The notes under the pieces are model-generated. The model did no database searches, had not been told where the DNA came from, and was given only the letters and a program-made list of their open reading frames with translations. The translations under genes were made by a program, and so were the position numbers. This document shows positions 59,074 through 64,000 of a stretch of 64,000 nt of DNA, in pieces; the stretch's first letter is position 1, and each line of letters begins with the position of its first letter. This DNA comes from Candidatus Eiseniibacteriota bacterium. GTDB lineage: Bacteria; Eisenbacteria; RBG-16-71-46. The stretch spans positions 2,432,001 to 2,496,000 of the forward strand of contig OY970342.1 in the NCBI GenBank assembly GCA_963717505.1, given 5' to 3'.

Positions 59074-59982
59074 ATGCCGAACCCGACGCAGCCCATTTCG
59101 CCCATCTCCGGCGCCGAAACGCCCCCGGTGACGCCCCGTGCGGTCACCGTCGAGGTCGCGGCGTTGACCGACCGCGGCCGTGTCCGTGAACGCAACGAAG
59201 ATGCGTTCGTCATCTATCGCCTGCGCCGGCTGCTCGAGCAGGTCGAGAGCAGCATCCAGGGGCCGGGCCTGCTCGAGCGACACGAGGATGCCGGCTACCT
59301 GATGATCGTGGCCGACGGCATGGGCGGGCACGCGGGCGGCGAAGTCGCCAGCCGTGAAGCGTTGACCGCAATCATCCAGTTGACGGTCCAGGCTCCCAAG
59401 TGGGTGCTGCGCTTCGACGACCCGGCCACCCGTGAACGTGAGATCGCGGAAGTGTTCAGCCGCGGCCGCGAACGCCTGGCCCGCGTGCACCAGCTCCTGC
59501 GTGAGCAGGCCGCGGCCGATCCCGAGCTGGCCGAGATGGGCACCACCCTCACCGGCGCGTACACCGCCGGGACCGATCTGTTCGTGCTGCACATCGGCGA
59601 TTCCAAGGCCTTCCTGCTGCGGAACGGCGTGCTGTCGCCGATCACCCGCGACCACACCATGGCCCAGGAGTACGCCGACCTCGGGCTGATCTCGCAGGAG
59701 GAGGTCGGCACCCATGCGATGAAGCACGTCCTGACCCGCGCGATCGGCGGTCCCGAGGACCAGATAGCCGTGGATATGCAGCATCGCGCGCTCCAGAACG
59801 GCGACCGCGTGCTGCTCTGCTCCGACGGTCTCACCGACATGGTGGATCGCGACGAAGTCGCGCGCCTGCTCCAAGCCCACCCCGGGAGCGCCGAGGCCTG
59901 CCGCGCGTTGATCGATCGAGCCCTCGAGCGCGGCGGTCGCGACAACGTGACGGTGATCGTCGCGCGTTTCACGGTGGCGTGA
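59074..59982 (+). CDS. PP2C-family Ser/Thr phosphatase (PrpC/Stp1)
   Basis: TDRGRVRERNED, VADGMGGH, MGTT, GDS, LCSDGL, GGRDNVT. Confidence 0.93.
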   Translation: MPNPTQPISPISGAETPPVTPRAVTVEVAALTDRGRVRERNEDAFVIYRLRRLLEQVESSIQGPGLLERHEDAGYLMIVADGMGGHAGGEVASREALTAIIQLTVQAPKWVLRFDDPATREREIAEVFSRGRERLARVHQLLREQAAADPELAEMGTTLTGAYTAGTDLFVLHIGDSKAFLLRNGVLSPITRDHTMAQEYADLGLISQEEVGTHAMKHVLTRAIGGPEDQIAVDMQHRALQNGDRVLLCSDGLTDMVDRDEVARLLQAHPGSAEACRALIDRALERGGRDNVTVIVARFTVA

Positions 59983-61040
59983 CGCGGCCGCGGGCCAGGC
60001 CCCCGTGGTTGGGGCCGGTTCTGGCGGCGGGAGCACTCGCCACTCTTCTGGTTCTCATCCTCGAAGTTTCCGGCGATCCGGTGCGCGGGCTCGAACGCCG
60101 CGCGCGCCCGGTGATTACGGTGTTGCGCGACGACGCCCCCGATCTGGGTCCTCGAGTCGAACGCTGGCGCATCGTGCTCGCCGGAGGCGACACCGTGCGG
60201 GCCCTTTGGCGGCGCGCCCCGGACCACGTGATGCGGCCGTGGACGGTCGTGCTCATGGGCGGATTGCACACCGGGGATCGCGCGGCACTGGTGTTGCCCG
60301 ACGACACGCCGGCCAACGCGCTCGCGGTCGACTGGCCGTGGCGCGGTCCGCGCAAGATGAGCGTGATGCGCTTCGTGTTCAGCCTGCCGGCGATCCGCGA
60401 GGCACTTCTGTGTTCGCCCGCGGCCATGGCTTCGGGGCTCGAGGCGGTTGCCCGAAGCGGGGAAGTGGATACGAGTCGTATCGTGGCCCTGGGCGCGAGC
60501 ATGGGTGCGCCGGTCGCGCTGGCCGCGCTGCGCGTGTCGAACGATGCCCGAGCACTGGTCCTGATCGACGGCGGCGCGGGCCTGGACGTTCTGCTGCGGG
60601 CGGAAGCGGCTCGCTACTTGCCCGCGTGGGTGGCCGCGTGGGCGGGGCCGCTGGCCGCGTGGCTGGTCCGGCCGCTCGAGCCGGCGCTCCATGCGCCGGT
60701 GGCGCGCACACTGCCGACGCTGTTGATCAATGCGCGCGCCGATGAGCGTCTGCCGCCAGGCGTCATCGAGCGGCTGCACGCGGCACTGCCGAATGCCGAG
60801 GTGCGGTGGCGGGAGTCGCAGCACATTCGTCCGGATCGGTCGGAGATGATTCGGGAGATGACGGCGGGAATCGTGTCCTGGCTCGATGGGGTCACGGCGC
60901 GTGCCTCGTCCAACCTCATGCCGCCCCGCGCCGCAGGATTCGCGAGTCAGCACGCGCCGCTTGATCCTGCTGCGCTAAGACCCGCTTCGCTCCGGGGTAC
61001 GCGAGCGGCCCTGCCCGAGCAGCGCCCCAAACCCTTTTGA
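59979..61040 (+). CDS. alpha/beta hydrolase
   Basis: N-terminal TM segment; nucleophile elbow GASMG; GTGA overlap. Confidence 0.65.
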   Translation: MTRPRARPPWLGPVLAAGALATLLVLILEVSGDPVRGLERRARPVITVLRDDAPDLGPRVERWRIVLAGGDTVRALWRRAPDHVMRPWTVVLMGGLHTGDRAALVLPDDTPANALAVDWPWRGPRKMSVMRFVFSLPAIREALLCSPAAMASGLEAVARSGEVDTSRIVALGASMGAPVALAALRVSNDARALVLIDGGAGLDVLLRAEAARYLPAWVAAWAGPLAAWLVRPLEPALHAPVARTLPTLLINARADERLPPGVIERLHAALPNAEVRWRESQHIRPDRSEMIREMTAGIVSWLDGVTARASSNLMPPRAAGFASQHAPLDPAALRPASLRGTRAALPEQRPKPF

Positions 61041-62051
61041 ATCCCGCGCGCGAATGGCCCCGACGATGCGGTCCAGGGCCTCGCGAATCCGCTCGATCGC
61101 CTGCGCCGAGTGCGGATTCATGACCTGGATCTCGTAGTAGACGTCCGGGCTTTCCCGCACGACCTTCGCGGCCAGGGACTCGAGCGCCTGAAACGTCGTG
61201 CTGCGCACCGGATGCTCTGCCTCGGGCAGCGCCAGGGCGAATGCGATGGCGGTGGCATGCGCCAGGCTCAAGAGATCGGCCATGATGCGGTCGTGGTCGG
61301 CGAGCGGCAGGCGCACGAGGTGCGCGGTCGTCGGCTCGAACAATCGCTCGACCGCCAAGGTGGCCTCGGCATCGCCGGTGTCGCAGATCACCACGTCGGC
61401 ATCGCGTAACAACACGGCCGAAGGGCCGAACATGGGATGGATCGACGCCACGCGGCCGCCCGCGCGTTGGAGTGTCCGGATCGGCTCGATCAGCGGCGTC
61501 TTGATGCTGGCGATGTCGACGACCACGCCCGACGGGGGATTGCGCGACCACTCGCGGTAGAGCGTGGCGGTGGACGCCGGCGGCGTGGAGCAGACGATGA
61601 GCTCTGCGGTCGGCAACACCGCGCGCGCGCGTAGGGTCTCCTCGCGAGCCGCGGCCGGATCGAGAATGTACGTCGCGTATCCCTGCGCCGACAGGAAGCG
61701 CTCCATCCAGCGCCCCATGCGGCCGGCGCCGCCGACCACGATCGCGCTCTGGCCGCTGCCCATGGCCGCAACACGGAGCCGGTCCTCGTCCTGCGCCGTG
61801 ACCGAGGCCCGGATCAGCCCCGCGAACAGCTCCTCGGCGACTCCGGGGTCGAGCCCGCGTTCCCGAGCCACGGTGCGCGCCCGGTCCAACACCACGCGTT
61901 CCTGCGCGTAGTCCACGATCGGCAACTCGAGCTGACGCTTGAGTTCCCCCAGCTGCCGCGCGAGCCTCACGCGTTCCGCCGTCCGTTCCAGAAGCTCGAG
62001 GTCGAGCTGCCGGATCCGATCGCGCAGTTGCTCCAGGTTCGGCTCGGACAT
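60975..62051 (-). CDS. tyrA: bifunctional chorismate mutase/prephenate dehydrogenase
   Basis: LEQLRDRIRQLD (AroQ); GGAGRMG, DIASIK, HPMFGP, HDRIMA. Confidence 0.9.
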   Translation of the reverse strand: MSEPNLEQLRDRIRQLDLELLERTAERVRLARQLGELKRQLELPIVDYAQERVVLDRARTVARERGLDPGVAEELFAGLIRASVTAQDEDRLRVAAMGSGQSAIVVGGAGRMGRWMERFLSAQGYATYILDPAAAREETLRARAVLPTAELIVCSTPPASTATLYREWSRNPPSGVVVDIASIKTPLIEPIRTLQRAGGRVASIHPMFGPSAVLLRDADVVICDTGDAEATLAVERLFEPTTAHLVRLPLADHDRIMADLLSLAHATAIAFALALPEAEHPVRSTTFQALESLAAKVVRESPDVYYEIQVMNPHSAQAIERIREALDRIVGAIRARDSKGFGALLGQGRSRTPERSGS

Positions 62052-62058
62052 CGCGATC

Positions 62059-62995
62059 CTAGTTCCCGGCCGGTTTCGCGGCCTCGGCCCGCCTTCGGAA
62101 TCGGTCCGCGTACTCGCGCGTGAAGCACGCCCCGATCAGACAGCAGGTGCGCCGAGTAGGAGATCCAGAGCAACAGCACCACCACGGCGCCCGCCGCGCC
62201 GTAGAGCGAGGCCAGCATGTTCTTGCGCAGCAGAGTCGCGAGCAGGGTGTTGCCGGCGGTGAACGCGAGCGCGGTCAGCACTGCCCCGATGCGCACGTCG
62301 CCCCAGCGCACGCCGGCACGCGGGCCGTACCGGTAGATCAATCCCAGCAGCAGGGTCATCAGCAGGAACGGCACCACCGCGCGGCTCACCGGCCAGGCGG
62401 GCGCGTTGGGTGGCAGCAATTGCTCGACGATCGGGGCGACCAGCGTATGCAGGAACGAGAACGCCATCAGCAGCATTCCCGCGGCGACCGCTCCCGGCAC
62501 GATGATCAGTGAAATGAGCCTCTGTACCAGCAGGCCGCCCAACCCGGCGCGCGGGGGAACATCCCAGATCCGGTCGAGGGCGGCGCCCAACTCATGGAAC
62601 ACCGCCGAGGCGAAGTACGCCATGATCAGGACGCTGAGCACGGTCGCGATCGCGTTGCCGCGCGCGTCGACGATCATCTCGACCGTGGCGCGCAACGCCG
62701 GAGTCAGGGCTGGCTCGCCCAAGGCGTCGATCGCGGCGAACAACCTCGTGCGCGCCGCATCCGAGCCGAGCACCGTGGAGGCACCGCTCAGCACCAGGAG
62801 AAGGAGCGGCGCCAGCGACAGGAGCGCGTGGAACGCGATGGCCGCCGCCAGTCCCGGCACGTTGGCGAGCATGGTCCGGCGTGACGTGGCGACCACGAGT
62901 CCCGAGAGATCGACCAGAAACTGCTGGAACCCGGTGAGGATTCCGGCGAGCTTCCGGCGGGAAGCGGAATGAGTCGTTCGCGCGTCGCGTGCCAC
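62059..62995 (-). CDS. YihY/virulence factor BrkB family membrane protein (apparent +1 frameshift near 62140)
   Basis: LAAAIAFHALLSLAPL, LDRIW, SLYGAAG..LLWISYSA; removing one base gives LLLIGACFTREYA and a stop at 62059; start uncertain. Confidence 0.8.
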
Positions 62996-63139
62996 GGCTA
63001 CCTCGTCGCATGCGGCCGCGGCTCATCCGCAACCGGCCCCGCGAGCCTAGAAGCCATCGACCGCCGCGGCAAGGTCGCGGGCCGACACGCGAGGCGCTAT
63101 GCTCCGAACTCCTTCCGACCCCCACCTGGAGAATCCTCG

Positions 63140-63955
63140 ATGCCCGCGCCCGTCTCGACCACCGCCGCACCGCAGCATCAGCTCGCGGTGTTCATCGATT
63201 TCGAGAACATCGCGCTCGGCCTCAAGGGCGACGGGCGTTTCGACGTGCGCCGGGTACTCGACCGCCTGCTCGAGAAGGGCAAGGTGATCGTCAAAGTCGC
63301 CTACGCCGACTGGAACCGCTTCCGCCAGTACACCCAGTCGCTGCACGAGCACGGCATCGAGCTGATCGAGATTCCCGGCCGCGCCACCAGCGGCAAGAAC
63401 TCGGCCGACATCCGCCTGTGCGTCGACGCCATGGACCTGAGCTGGAGCAAGGAACACATCGACACCTTCGTCATCATCTCGGGCGACAGCGATTTCTCGC
63501 CGCTGGTCTCCAAGCTCAAGGAGAACGGCCGGCGGGTGATCGGGCTCGGCATGAAGGGATCGACCTCGCCGCTGCTCGCCAACGCGTGCGACGAGTTCGT
63601 CTACTACGAAGAGATCGAGTCCGGCGGCGGTGGACCGGCGGCCGAGAAGCCGGGGCGCAACGGCGAGGACGCGTTTCACCTGTTGGTCGATACGGTGCGC
63701 GCGCTCCAGCGCGAAGGCTTCGACCTGATCCAGGCGTCCCTGGTCAAGGACACCATGAAGCGCAAACGCCCGGCGTTCAGCGAATCGGCGCTCGGCTATG
63801 GCAGCTTCAGCGACCTGCTCGAAGCGGCCGAAAAGGCCGGGGTCGTTGAGCTGCGCCAGGACGAGCGCAGCGGGACCTACGTGGTCACCGGGGTCAGCGA
63901 GCGACCGATTCGAGCCGCGCGATCCAGCGCGCCTTCACGCCGCCGGCGGTCCTAG
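63140..63955 (+). CDS. NYN-domain (LabA/DUF88) protein with C-terminal OST-HTH/LOTUS
   Basis: VFIDFEN, AYADW, KNSADIRL.VDA, SGDSDF, ACDEFVYY, FSESALGYGSFSDLL. Confidence 0.9.
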   Translation: MPAPVSTTAAPQHQLAVFIDFENIALGLKGDGRFDVRRVLDRLLEKGKVIVKVAYADWNRFRQYTQSLHEHGIELIEIPGRATSGKNSADIRLCVDAMDLSWSKEHIDTFVIISGDSDFSPLVSKLKENGRRVIGLGMKGSTSPLLANACDEFVYYEEIESGGGGPAAEKPGRNGEDAFHLLVDTVRALQREGFDLIQASLVKDTMKRKRPAFSESALGYGSFSDLLEAAEKAGVVELRQDERSGTYVVTGVSERPIRAARSSAPSRRRRS

Positions 63956-64000
63956 TTCGGCGGCGTGAACACGAACGGCGTCTGGAAGGAGGTCGAGCCT
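63952..64000 (-). CDS. 3' end of a gene running off the window
   Basis: Minus frame GSTSFQTPFVFTPPN* ends at a TAG overlapping the NYN stop. Confidence 0.3.
   Translation of the reverse strand, partial: GSTSFQTPFVFTPPN

Noticed and set aside
55695-59213. 1172-aa minus-strand ORF and the many other long Arg/Pro/Gly-rich ORFs in the track
   Set aside because: Antisense or off-frame shadows expected at high GC; they lack motifs and overlap well-supported genes
63140-63955. NYN RNase as an anti-phage or toxin system
   Set aside because: Ordinary widespread LabA/DUF88-LOTUS architecture with no defence neighbours visible
1-64000. CRISPR array, IS element, prophage, rRNA
   Set aside because: No regularly spaced direct repeats, transposase, phage or rRNA signatures seen by eye

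Overview
A high-GC (visibly about 70%), densely packed bacterial chromosome segment with about 55 CDSs and one tRNA-Gly(GCC). I saw no integrase, transposase or CRISPR array. A secreted beta-rich protein with a 'LPSGVYFAR...RMILVK' C-terminal tail hints at an FCB-like lineage such as Eisenbacteria (inference). Recognisable modules: a sugar-nucleotide/glycogen operon (manC, SPOR lipoprotein, GlmU-like, galT, glgA); lysC; folE; nfeD plus an SPFH gene; malQ; pckG; a tryptophan -> kynurenine -> anthranilate -> anthraniloyl-CoA catabolic cluster; a dual-route glucosylglycerate/osmotic-stress cluster; a PP2C/spermidine-synthase-like operon; tyrA; and an NYN protein. Four observations stand out. (1) A CAP12/Pycsar-type TIR domain is fused to a PilZ c-di-GMP receptor, with the catalytic Glu replaced by Gln, and is translationally coupled to an unknown membrane protein. 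(2) An apparently independent structured RNA of about 200 nt at 13449-13654 has its own promoter, a rod-like fold and a terminator. (3) The kynurenine cluster lacks kynB but carries a creatininase-family amidohydrolase that could be a non-orthologous formamidase. (4) A recurring TANNNT-(6-8 nt)-ATG pattern suggests leaderless mRNAs. Two regions contain single-base frameshifts that look like sequencing errors. All calls come from motif recognition by eye; no database search was run.
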